Notes under the pieces: model-generated
Seen by the model: only the letters and a program-made list of their open reading frames with translations
What the model was told of the DNA's origin: nothing
The model's database searches: none
Position numbers and translations under genes: made by a program
NCBI GenBank assembly: GCA_029762535.1
Contig: JARVGK010000020.1
Span: 1 to 54,822 of the forward strand
Source of the DNA: Thermoplasmatota archaeon
GTDB taxonomy: Archaea; Thermoplasmatota; Penumbrarchaeia; Penumbrarchaeales; Penumbrarchaeaceae
Direction: 5' to 3'
DNA: 54,822 nt
Shown: piece by piece, positions 8,086 to 16,392 of the stretch
Position numbering within the stretch: position 1 is the stretch's first letter
Layout: every line of letters starts with the position of its first letter

Positions 8086-9582
8086 ATGCCAGGCAAAGAA
8101 CGAAAGGAGATCGAGGCATCCATACCGGTAGGGGCGGTCTTCGGCAACGTCGGGTCCTATTCCTTCAGGTGCGCTGTCATCGATGATACCCTGCGGGAAA
8201 TGGATCATGTCTCCTTCGAACACCCCACATGCGGCGAGGTGCTCGGGATCGTCTCATCGATCGAGCTGCAGTCTGACATGGGGCGAAATGAGGCTGCAAG
8301 CTCTGTGTATCGAAAAAAGGCGTCCACCACATGGACGGGAGTGGCAAAGATAGATGTGATCGGTTTCAGGGATCATAATTCCAATCTTTCAAGGCCGCTG
8401 ACGCCTGTACCCCCTTCGACCAAGGTCTTCAGGGCCTCGAGGACCTTTCTCTCCTCAGTTCTGGGGCTGGATGTCTTTAGGGAGAACGGAGCATACCTTG
8501 GCAAGGTCCAGAATTCCGACGTCGACGTCGTTCTGGACCCGGAGATATTGATACAAAAACACGTATCGATAATTGCGAAGACCGGCGCGGGAAAATCCTA
8601 TGCGTGCGGGGTCCTCATCGAGGAACTGTCAAAACACGACATACCCATTTTGATCATAGATCCGCACGGGGAGTATTCATCGATGATATCTCCCAACATC
8701 GACCCGGAGGAATACAGGAGAATGGGGCGCTTCGGGATCGATCCAAAGGGACTGGGGGGCAGAATAATGGAGTTCTCGATCGGAGCGGGATCTGGGGCCA
8801 CCCCCCTCGGATTGGACCCAAGGGCATTCAGGCCGGAGGAATTGCTGGAGCTTATCGGGATCAAGGCCGTGGGCCCGAACGCATCTATCCTTTACAACGC
8901 CTACCGAAAACTCAAGGCCGTGCTGGAAGAGGATTGGGACCTGTCGGACCTCTTGAGCGTGGTCGAGGCCGATCCCAGCATCGGAAAATGGGCGATCGCC
9001 TCAGGGCTTCAGCATATGGCATCTATGCCGATGTTCTCTGCCCCCAGGACACCACTTGGCGAGATAGTGAAGCGGGGGGCGATCTCGGTCGTTGACCTTA
9101 AGGAGGCGCCGCTCGACGTTCAGCAGATAGGGGTTGCGGCGTTGATGAAGAGGCTCTTTCAGGCGCGGAAGGAGGGGCTCATCCCACCCTTCATGCTCGT
9201 TGTGGAGGAGGCGCAGAACTTCTGCCCCCAGGGTTCGAGCACGATAACGTCCGAGGTCATGAGGGCCATCGCATCTGAGGGACGCAAGTTCGGCATGGGG
9301 TTATGCGTTCTCACCCAGAGGCCCGCCAGGATCGACAAGTCGGTCCTCTCCCAGTGTGGGACCCAGATAATATTGAAGGTCACGAACCCCAACGATCTTA
9401 AAGCCGTGATATCCTCAGTCGAGGGCCTGGACCCCAGGATGAGCGACGAGATCCAGATGCTACCGGTGGGACAGGCGATCATGGTGGGAGGAGGGATCGC
9501 TTTCCCCTTGATACTCGATATCAGGACAAGGCATACACGTCACGGCGGGGACTGCGTGAAATTCCTGCCGGAGCGGAATTGA
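8086..9582 (+). CDS. HerA-family (HAS-barrel/DUF87) ATPase or helicase
   Basis: AKTGAGKS Walker A, IDPHGEY, VVEEAQ Walker B, SEGRKFG, TQRP, SQC. Confidence 0.88.
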   Translation: MPGKERKEIEASIPVGAVFGNVGSYSFRCAVIDDTLREMDHVSFEHPTCGEVLGIVSSIELQSDMGRNEAASSVYRKKASTTWTGVAKIDVIGFRDHNSNLSRPLTPVPPSTKVFRASRTFLSSVLGLDVFRENGAYLGKVQNSDVDVVLDPEILIQKHVSIIAKTGAGKSYACGVLIEELSKHDIPILIIDPHGEYSSMISPNIDPEEYRRMGRFGIDPKGLGGRIMEFSIGAGSGATPLGLDPRAFRPEELLELIGIKAVGPNASILYNAYRKLKAVLEEDWDLSDLLSVVEADPSIGKWAIASGLQHMASMPMFSAPRTPLGEIVKRGAISVVDLKEAPLDVQQIGVAALMKRLFQARKEGLIPPFMLVVEEAQNFCPQGSSTITSEVMRAIASEGRKFGMGLCVLTQRPARIDKSVLSQCGTQIILKVTNPNDLKAVISSVEGLDPRMSDEIQMLPVGQAIMVGGGIAFPLILDIRTRHTRHGGDCVKFLPERN

Positions 9583-9632
9583 GAGGGTTAATTATTAATC
9601 CGTAATAGGACCTTTATGAACCAGGGATCATC

Positions 9633-9932
9633 ATGGTCGATAACAATACGATCAGCGAGGAGAGGATGAGAAAATACCTCGAGACCACCTCCAGGGCGCT
9701 GTCCATGATCAAGATCGCATCGCCTCCGAGATCCCATTTCTTCAGGCTTGCTGAGGATTTTCTGAACATGGCGAAATCCTATCATACCGATGCGGTCTCG
9801 TTCGCTAGGGAGGGAAACTATGTCAACGCCTATGGGGCTGTGAACTACGCCCATGGTTGGCTGGATGCCGGGGCCCGATTGGGGCTGTTCGATGTGAACG
9901 AGGACGATCAGCTCTTTACGCTCGCGGAATGA
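9633..9932 (+). CDS. DUF357 family protein
   Basis: MAKSYHTDA...GNYVNAYGAVNYAHGWLDAGARLG. Confidence 0.9.
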   Translation: MVDNNTISEERMRKYLETTSRALSMIKIASPPRSHFFRLAEDFLNMAKSYHTDAVSFAREGNYVNAYGAVNYAHGWLDAGARLGLFDVNEDDQLFTLAE

Positions 9933-9966
9933 ATTCGAACTATCATTCACGAATAATCAAAATAGT

Positions 9967-10266
9967 GGACCCATGGGGATTCGATGCTTAGAAAATCCCT
10001 ACGGATTTTCCGCATCTTGGGACCCAACAAGATAAATGATCGTTCAAGGTCCCAAGAACCAAGGTTCGAATCCAAATGTACATTGTTCTTGAAAATAATT
10101 AGAAAGCGGACCCATGGGGATTCGATGCTTAGAAAATCCCTACGGATTTTCTGCATCTTGGGACCCGCCATGATCAATGATCGTTCAAGGTCCCAAGAAC
10201 CAAGGTTCGAATCCAAATGTACATTGTTCTTGAAAATAATTAGAAAGCGGACCCATGGGGATTCGA
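9967..10266. repeat. Tandem 141-bp units, each bounded by the tRNA-Arg 3'-terminal 18 bp (GGACCCATGGGGATTCGA on +)
   Basis: The 18-mer starts at 9967, 10108 and 10249 (period 141). The two 123-bp intervening segments differ at 5 positions. Confidence 0.95.
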
Positions 10267-10321
10267 ACCCCAGTCTTCAGCTCCGGAGGCTAATAGGATA
10301 TCCAGGCTACCCTATGGGTCC
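10248..10321 (-). tRNA. tRNA-Arg (CCG)
   Basis: GGACCCA TA GGGT AGCCTGGAT ATCC TA TTAGC CTCCGGA GCTGA AGAC TGGGG TTCGAAT CCCCA TGGGTCC G folds as a cloverleaf. TTTATA promoter box at about 10355-10360. Confidence 0.95.
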
Positions 10322-10435
10322 ATGTCGGTTTGTAGTCCGAATGTAATGAGGACTATAAACCTTTACATGGTGATTAATAGGCTGGATAGACGGCCAAAGC
10401 CACTTTCGGGGCGGGGATAAATAATCTCTGTACGG

Positions 10436-10483
10436 AGGCCGGATCGGGGATCCGGCCTTAGGATATCCAGGCTACCCTATGGG
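10436..10483 (-). repeat. 25-bp exact copy of the tRNA-Arg 5' portion abutting a perfect 10-bp hairpin
   Basis: TAGGATATCCAGGCTACCCTATGGG at 10459-10483 is identical to 10294-10318. AGGCCGGATC-GGG-GATCCGGCCT lies at 10436-10458. Confidence 0.85.
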
Positions 10484-10494
10484 ATCCCACGGGA

Positions 10495-10641
10495 TCATTT
10501 CTTCTTGAACTCGGTAAAACCACATTTACCGCAGGAAAACCTGTCCTCATGATCGGCGAGGAAGGATCCCTCGCATTTGGGGCAGAACTTCCTATTCCTT
10601 GTAAGTTGACCTTCTTTGATCTCATAATGTTCCTTCGACAA
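10495..10641 (-). CDS. rps27ae: 30S ribosomal protein S27ae (eS31), TTG start, not in the ORF track
   Basis: [48 protein letters not shown], with a GAGGTG SD; follows rps24e. Confidence 0.95.
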   Translation of the reverse strand: MSKEHYEIKEGQLTRNRKFCPKCEGSFLADHEDRFSCGKCGFTEFKKK

Positions 10642-10651
10642 TGAACCCACC

Positions 10652-10951
10652 TCACTTCTTCTTCTCCTTCTCTATCAGCTTGTTCCTGAGAAGGATATGC
10701 TTCTCCTCCACATACTTGGCCCTATCGAGGCTCTTGTATATCTTGGCATATCCCCTTGTCTCGCCCTTGCCGAACTCACCTTCGAACGAATCGATAACAA
10801 GGGTCTCCTTGGAGAGCTTCAATTCCTCCTTTAGCGCATCCTTCACAGCGCTCCTTGCCGGGGTCGTTTCCCCCTGATGCTTCACCTTGAAATCCACCTC
10901 GATGCGCTCGAGCGTCTGATTGTCATGCTTCTTCAATATCTCTATCTCCAT
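10652..10951 (-). CDS. rps24e: 30S ribosomal protein S24e
   Basis: [29 protein letters not shown]. Confidence 0.96.
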   Translation of the reverse strand: MEIEILKKHDNQTLERIEVDFKVKHQGETTPARSAVKDALKEELKLSKETLVIDSFEGEFGKGETRGYAKIYKSLDRAKYVEEKHILLRNKLIEKEKKK

Positions 10952-10955
10952 CCGA

Positions 10956-11474
10956 TCACACCTCCATCTCGCGGAGCATATCCTTGACCTTTATCTTGAT
11001 AGCCTTATCCACGTTAACAACAACTAAACCAGCATCAGGTTGTCCGTAAACCACGGTCCCTCCTACCGGTAGAAGATCTATACAAGGGAGAGTTGCCAGA
11101 TCCTCCTCTCCATCCACATCGATCAGTATCGGGCCATTCCTCTCGTCATCGACGATTATATTTCTCATCGATTCAATAATGGCCTTCATAAGCTCAGGAC
11201 CGATGATGCCCGCCCCGTTCTTGACCTTGAGGGTCTTCCAGGGCTCCACCATGAGTGTGGGGATCTCCCTGCCTCTCTTGGTGTGATTGTCCACAAGTAT
11301 AATATCGGGTATGAAACCCATTCTGGTCATGACCGATGCCGTGACATCGCCCACTAGTACGAGCGGCCTGGTTATGATATCCTCCATTCGGCCTCTGGTC
11401 CTTTCCTCGTTGGGGATTAGGATCCCCAAAGGAAGTTTCAATTCGGACCTTAGATGATTGGTCAGTACATACAT
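10956..11474 (-). CDS. GTP-dependent dephospho-CoA kinase (DUF359)
   Basis: LKLPLG, VGDVT, VDNHTKR, VDGEEDL, YGQP; conserved position between spt4 and rps24e. Confidence 0.92.
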   Translation of the reverse strand: MYVLTNHLRSELKLPLGILIPNEERTRGRMEDIITRPLVLVGDVTASVMTRMGFIPDIILVDNHTKRGREIPTLMVEPWKTLKVKNGAGIIGPELMKAIIESMRNIIVDDERNGPILIDVDGEEDLATLPCIDLLPVGGTVVYGQPDAGLVVVNVDKAIKIKVKDMLREMEV

Positions 11475-11484
11475 CGAAGATACC

Positions 11485-11670
11485 TCATCTCACCTTGAGG
11501 GCGTATTTCCCATTGCCCTTGATCCCCATATGCCTCGCTACTTCCGACTGGGTATGATCAACGATGACGATCATTCCCTGCCATTCCTTGGAGACCTCCC
11601 CCCCACAGCTAGGACAACTTTCCTGTTCTGTCAGCATCATGCATTTCTTGCAGGCGAGCATCATGATCAC
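11485..11670 (-). CDS. spt4: Transcription elongation factor Spt4 (RpoE2)
   Basis: ACKKC, CPSCG, WQG, SEVA, GKYALKVR. Confidence 0.96.
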   Translation of the reverse strand: MIMMLACKKCMMLTEQESCPSCGGEVSKEWQGMIVIVDHTQSEVARHMGIKGNGKYALKVR

Positions 11671-12257
11671 TTCTTTTTCTTTTTCGTTTCCTCTTCTTCG
11701 GGATTGGTATCCTTAAGGTGATCCTCGTCCAGCCACTCCAGCTTTCCAAGACCGCCCTGCCTCATGGTCAGGCCGATCCTGCTTTCGCGAGGGGACCTCT
11801 CGTTCATTGACATGGAGACGATCCTTGCCCTCACCTTGTCCCCCACCCTGAGATCCCTCTTCGAGTCCTTTCCCAAAAGGCGCATGTTGCCAAGGTCGAC
11901 ATCGATATGGTCATCCATTACCTGGCTGATATGGACCAATCCGTCGAGGGGGCCGAACCTGACGAAGGCTCCGAACTTCAGGATCTCCACCACCGACCCC
12001 TCAATTACCTCATGAAGGTGGGGCTGAAAAGCCAGAGCGTTGAAACCTACGCGCTGGAATACGGCGCCATCCCCGTGAACTATACGGCCTTCGCCCTCCC
12101 TCTTAACATCGGTTACCTGGATGGCTAGCCTGTTCTCTCCGTCCATCTTTCCCTCGAAGTTCTTCCTTGTCAGGAAATTTGCAACTACATCGGGATCCTT
12201 CCCGAGATAATGCGGGGGGATTCGAATGACGTCCTCACGGTAGATCAACTTGTACAT
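11667..12257 (-). CDS. rpoE1: RNA polymerase subunit Rpo7 (E')
   Basis: IRIPP, GDGA, FGAFVRFGPLDGLVHISQ, IGLTMRQGGLGKLEW. Confidence 0.97.
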   Translation of the reverse strand: MYKLIYREDVIRIPPHYLGKDPDVVANFLTRKNFEGKMDGENRLAIQVTDVKREGEGRIVHGDGAVFQRVGFNALAFQPHLHEVIEGSVVEILKFGAFVRFGPLDGLVHISQVMDDHIDVDLGNMRLLGKDSKRDLRVGDKVRARIVSMSMNERSPRESRIGLTMRQGGLGKLEWLDEDHLKDTNPEEEETKKKKK

Positions 12258-12377
12258 GCCGAACTACTCCTGCATGGTTTTATTCCCCGTCCGTATAGAA
12301 TCCAATATAGGATATGAGCGGGGTGGAGTTGGGTTAAACTGGTTCTCCTTTATAATGATTATCATTAGGACATCCTA

Positions 12378-13439
12378 TCATATAGAGAGGAGGGAGTCCC
12401 CGTCCCAAGTATATCTCCTACCCTTGCGTGGCTTGCCCTCCCTCCTCTCCATTACCGCGCCTGCAATCAACGGTAGGGCAACGGATAGTTCCACATGCGC
12501 CATGGTATGCGTCGCCTCGGCCAGGATCTTGCCCCAGGACTGTGCCTCTCCAAGGGTCGATCCGGACAATCCCCCCCACTCGGCCCTATCCATTGTTATC
12601 TGGAATGCGTATTCATGCCCGTCCTGCTCGCCGTAGAGCATGTCGGCCATAACCACCGCATCGTTTATGTAGTTCTTAGGCACCCCTCCTCCAAGGTATA
12701 CCGCCCCGGTGCCTGAAGACATATGGACTATCTGGGCGATCTCGTAGTTATCCCGGATCGTATCGAGGAGGAATACATCGGATGAGGGCTTCCCCTCGTC
12801 CCTGGCCCTCTTGTAGGCGGTCGCGAGGCCAATACCTATGGACGAGTCCGCGATCGCGGGACAATAGACCGGAACGCCGCGGGAATGGGCGGCCCCCAGA
12901 ATGGAATCCGGATCGTTGATGCACCTTGACCCGAGGATCGACAGGAACTCCCTGGTCGAGTATCTGCCCCCTCCGATCTCCTCCATGATCCTGCCGATGA
13001 ATACATCCGTCTCCCTGAATTTGTCCTCGTCCACATAAGTATCGTAGATCCTGTCTATCATATAGGAATGAAGGAGAACATCGTCAGAGTTAGGATCGCC
13101 CCTGTAATGCCGGTAACCCCGGGCCTGATAGAAATCCTGATAGACGATCGCACCAGTGGTGACCACAACATCGACATAGCCACTGCGTATCAGGTCGGAT
13201 ACGATCTTCCTGAGACCCGCGGCCACCATAGCACCGGACAATCCCATCAATATCGAGAACTCTCCTTCATGGTCGAGCATGCGCTCGTAGATGGACAGGC
13301 ATTGGGAAAGCCTCCTTGCCTGAAAGGACGTGTTCGCGAACCCCTCCATGAGTTGTCCGATCGTCACTTTATCGGATACGTCCAGCATACGAATGGGTGT
13401 CATTAAAAGGTCATCCCTGGTAGGGACATCGTCGGTCAT
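12378..13439 (-). CDS. Deoxyhypusine synthase-like protein (second paralogue; possible polyamine aminobutyltransferase)
   Basis: LSGAMVAAGLR, TTGA, RIYDT, PAIADSSIG, GGGVPKN, GGLSGSTLGEAQSWGK. Confidence 0.88.
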   Translation of the reverse strand: MTDDVPTRDDLLMTPIRMLDVSDKVTIGQLMEGFANTSFQARRLSQCLSIYERMLDHEGEFSILMGLSGAMVAAGLRKIVSDLIRSGYVDVVVTTGAIVYQDFYQARGYRHYRGDPNSDDVLLHSYMIDRIYDTYVDEDKFRETDVFIGRIMEEIGGGRYSTREFLSILGSRCINDPDSILGAAHSRGVPVYCPAIADSSIGIGLATAYKRARDEGKPSSDVFLLDTIRDNYEIAQIVHMSSGTGAVYLGGGVPKNYINDAVVMADMLYGEQDGHEYAFQITMDRAEWGGLSGSTLGEAQSWGKILAEATHTMAHVELSVALPLIAGAVMERREGKPRKGRRYTWDGDSLLSI

Positions 13440-13448
13440 CGGTCCACC

Positions 13449-14009
13449 TCATGGAACGAAGACGGCGGCGGTGATGACAGTGGTCCATCTTCCATCGCGG
13501 TCCCCTTCGGCGAATTGGGTTATGTTCATCGTATTGACTATCCTTCCATCAATTCGGAATATCTCCCTCTTCTGGTCGTAATTCGAATCCACATCGAAAG
13601 GTATTCCAAGCGTGGATGCGAGCATTTCCGCGGCCAGGTCCTCAGCGTAATCTCCCGCGAACTTCTCCGATTGCCCGAAAGAGTAATGCTCGGATAGATA
13701 TCCGTAATGCTCCCTGTCCTGGGGTATGGCTATGCCGACCGAGGCCGCCATATGCCTTCCAGGTTCGTTCGATTCCGCGCGGCTCATTACGCAAAAGACT
13801 ATCTGACCGCTGTTGAGCTGCTTCAACCCTTCGTCCTTGCTGATTATCACACAGTTGGGAGGGAAGATCGAAGAAACGTGAACCAAGTTGAAGTTCTGTA
13901 TCCCGGCATCCCTCAGGGCCAATTCGAAGCTAGCGAGCTTTTCCCTGTGGACCCCGACCCCCTTGGTCAGGAACAATCTGTTTGGTGTGAATCCTACATG
14001 GTCCGCCAT
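13449..14009 (-). CDS. pdaD: Pyruvoyl-dependent arginine decarboxylase
   Basis: SFELALRDAGI, NLVHVSSIFPP (Ser-Ser cleavage site), GYLSEH. Confidence 0.93.
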   Translation of the reverse strand: MADHVGFTPNRLFLTKGVGVHREKLASFELALRDAGIQNFNLVHVSSIFPPNCVIISKDEGLKQLNSGQIVFCVMSRAESNEPGRHMAASVGIAIPQDREHYGYLSEHYSFGQSEKFAGDYAEDLAAEMLASTLGIPFDVDSNYDQKREIFRIDGRIVNTMNITQFAEGDRDGRWTTVITAAVFVP

Positions 14010-14197
14010 GAGCGCCGATATCAGTTTTTGATATTTAAAAGTTTAATGGATATGGAAAAGGCGATGAGAGTGGAAGGTGTTCTAAACCTATGCCGCCTTA
14101 ATTGTTGCAGATCACTTGCGGTATGCTAATTTTATATAGGACCTCTTTATTAGTGGGCGGACACGGGATATGTCCTGACATATGATAGGTGATCACC

Positions 14198-14698
14198 ATG
14201 ACTAGAAAACCAGCAAGGATGTACCGGAAGATCACAGGGCCGGCGTACACCCGAAGGGAATATATGGGAGGTGTGCCAGCATCGAGGATCACCCAGTTCG
14301 TCATGGGCAACTCCAAGGGCTCTTTCCCAATGGAATACCGATTGGTCGCCAAAGAACAGTGCCAGATCAGGCATATGGCCTTAGAGGCCGCTCGTATCGC
14401 AGCGAACAAACACATCCAGAAGAGGGCCGGGGCCCAGAATTACAAATTGGTCATCAATGTCATCCCACACCACATACTCAGGGAGAACAAGCAGGCCACC
14501 GGGGCTGGAGCGGATAGAGTGTCGCAGGGTATGAGAAAATCTTTCGGTAAGAACATAGGAAGCGCTGCGAGAGTGAGGGCAGGCCAGCTCGTCATGTTCC
14601 TACAGACCAACCCGAACATGGAGCTTCCGGCAAAGGAGGCTCTCAGGAAGGCCTCCATGAAGCTTCCGACACCTGCATCCATAGTCAAAGTTATATGA
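14198..14698 (+). CDS. rpl10e: 50S ribosomal protein L10e (uL16)
   Basis: RKPARMY, YTRREY, QIRHMALEAAR, RENKQATGAGADRVSQGMR. Confidence 0.97.
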   Translation: MTRKPARMYRKITGPAYTRREYMGGVPASRITQFVMGNSKGSFPMEYRLVAKEQCQIRHMALEAARIAANKHIQKRAGAQNYKLVINVIPHHILRENKQATGAGADRVSQGMRKSFGKNIGSAARVRAGQLVMFLQTNPNMELPAKEALRKASMKLPTPASIVKVI

Positions 14699-14776
14699 TT
14701 TTTATATGAGCGGGGATAATTATTCATTGAATGTACGGATTACTCCTTATGCCGTGACATTCATGGAGAAAATATT

Positions 14777-15142
14777 ATGAAAGAGCAGTTCCAGAACAAG
14801 CTGGTGATAGCTGTGAGGTCGGATCTCAAGCTCTCGCCCGGAAAACTAGCTGTCCAGGTCGCACACGCATCGGTGAGCTGTGCTCTGGAAACGAAGAGTA
14901 AAAAGGGGAGATGGTTCAAGGATTGGTACAGGGAGGGGCAAAAGAAGGTCGTTGTCAAGGTTGCCGATAAAGAAGCGCTCTTCGAGCTCCTGGCCTTCGC
15001 TTCGGAACTCGGGATCATCGCTTCCCTGATCAAGGATGCCGGGCTCACCGAAATAGATCCGGGAACGGTCACATGCCTGGGTATCGGGCCCGCGCCTGTG
15101 GTCGAGATCGATAAGGTAACGGGGGCCCTGCCCCTGCTATAG
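14777..15142 (+). CDS. pth2: Peptidyl-tRNA hydrolase Pth2
   Basis: RSDLKLSPGKLAVQVAHA, GQKKVV, DAGLTE, GIGP. Confidence 0.96.
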   Translation: MKEQFQNKLVIAVRSDLKLSPGKLAVQVAHASVSCALETKSKKGRWFKDWYREGQKKVVVKVADKEALFELLAFASELGIIASLIKDAGLTEIDPGTVTCLGIGPAPVVEIDKVTGALPLL

Positions 15143-15152
15143 GAGGACTTCT

Positions 15153-15737
15153 ATGAAGCACCTCAAAGACCATTTGAGGATCATGGGGGTGGACGATGCG
15201 CCGTATCGGCGAGGGTCCGCAAAGACCATGGTGGTTTTGACCATTTGCCGTCTCGATGGTTACCTCGAGGGGGTCCTGACCGCCCGGATCACAACTGATG
15301 GCGATGATTCCGCGTCGGCCATAGGCAACGCGCTCTTGCGCAGTCGTTTCGCCGAACAGGTGAGGTATATAATATCCGACGGAGGTTGTCTCGGGGGCTT
15401 CAACGTACTGGACCTCGGAGAGCTGAACAGGATCACCGGCATACCCGTGATTACCTCCTCGGATGAGGAGCCGGACCCGCCCTCGTTCGAAAAAGCCCTG
15501 AAAAAAGCTGTCCCGGATTGGGAGAGAAGGCTTGAACTCATAAAAGAATACCCTCCAGCCCCCTTGGTCATCGATGGAAGGACGATCTTTATCAGATCGT
15601 GCGGAACTTCAGCTGAGGAGGCCTCGACCGTCGTATCCAGGTCCATTGTCCACGGAAAGGTAACGGAACCTGTCAGGATGGCCCATATCATTGCGGGCGC
15701 TCTATTCAAGGACGGAGGCGGTACAGATGACCTATGA
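15153..15737 (+). CDS. DUF99 family protein (endonuclease V-like)
   Basis: GVDDAP, DGDD, GGFNVLD, EPVRMAH. Confidence 0.88.
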   Translation: MKHLKDHLRIMGVDDAPYRRGSAKTMVVLTICRLDGYLEGVLTARITTDGDDSASAIGNALLRSRFAEQVRYIISDGGCLGGFNVLDLGELNRITGIPVITSSDEEPDPPSFEKALKKAVPDWERRLELIKEYPPAPLVIDGRTIFIRSCGTSAEEASTVVSRSIVHGKVTEPVRMAHIIAGALFKDGGGTDDL

Positions 15738-16392
15738 GCCGGCAAGGCTCCTCATGGGCCTTGCGAAAAAGGGAGGGCTTGAAAAATACATCGATATCAC
15801 CACCGGTGATCTGTCGAAGGACCTGGGATGCAGCCAGCAGACCGCGTCCATTTATCTGGTCAGATTGACCTCAGAGGGTTATATCGACCGGATAATGAAG
15901 AGTTCCGGATCCAGATTGAGGATGACCGAGAAGGGATTGGACCTGCTCATGAGGATGTATGCGGACCTACATTCAATGTTCGGTAAGGAGAGGATGATTA
16001 AAATCAAGGGACAGGTCGCTTCAGGATTGGGAGAGGGGGCCTATTACCTATCCCAGAAGGGATATATCGATCAGATAAAGGAGAAGTTGGGTTTCGACCC
16101 CTACCCCGGGACGTTCAATGTCCTTCTCTCCCAGCAGGATTCACCCGTCATCGAACTGCTAAGGAGAGGGGCCGGGATCGATATCGGATCCTTCACCAAC
16201 GGCGATCGGACATTTGGCGGCTGTATATGCTACAAATGCCTAATAGAGGGCCATCCAGGGGCAGTGATGATCCCCGCAAGGACCATTCACAAGAACACCC
16301 TGGAGATCATATCTGATGTGAGGCTGAGGTCTTTGATCGAAGAAGGTAATGCAGGGGTCGAGATCGACATAGACTATCCCTCTTCCCTTTGA
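15727..16392 (+). CDS. ribK: CTP-dependent riboflavin kinase with N-terminal HTH
   Basis: SQQTAS HTH; SGLGEGAYY, PYPGTFN, LEIIS. Confidence 0.93.
   Translation: MTYEPARLLMGLAKKGGLEKYIDITTGDLSKDLGCSQQTASIYLVRLTSEGYIDRIMKSSGSRLRMTEKGLDLLMRMYADLHSMFGKERMIKIKGQVASGLGEGAYYLSQKGYIDQIKEKLGFDPYPGTFNVLLSQQDSPVIELLRRGAGIDIGSFTNGDRTFGGCICYKCLIEGHPGAVMIPARTIHKNTLEIISDVRLRSLIEEGNAGVEIDIDYPSSL

Noticed and set aside
9967-10266. CRISPR interpretation of the repeat array
   Set aside because: The repeat is a tRNA 3' end, the intervening segments are 123 bp and nearly identical, and no cas genes are present.
9947-10346. ORFs 9947..10216 (-) and 9984..10346 (+) with repeated peptides
   Set aside because: By-products of the 141-bp (47-codon) tandem repeat. 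One overlaps the tRNA.
10458-10655. 65-aa minus-strand ORF from the track
   Set aside because: Wrong frame; the real gene is rps27ae at 10495..10641.
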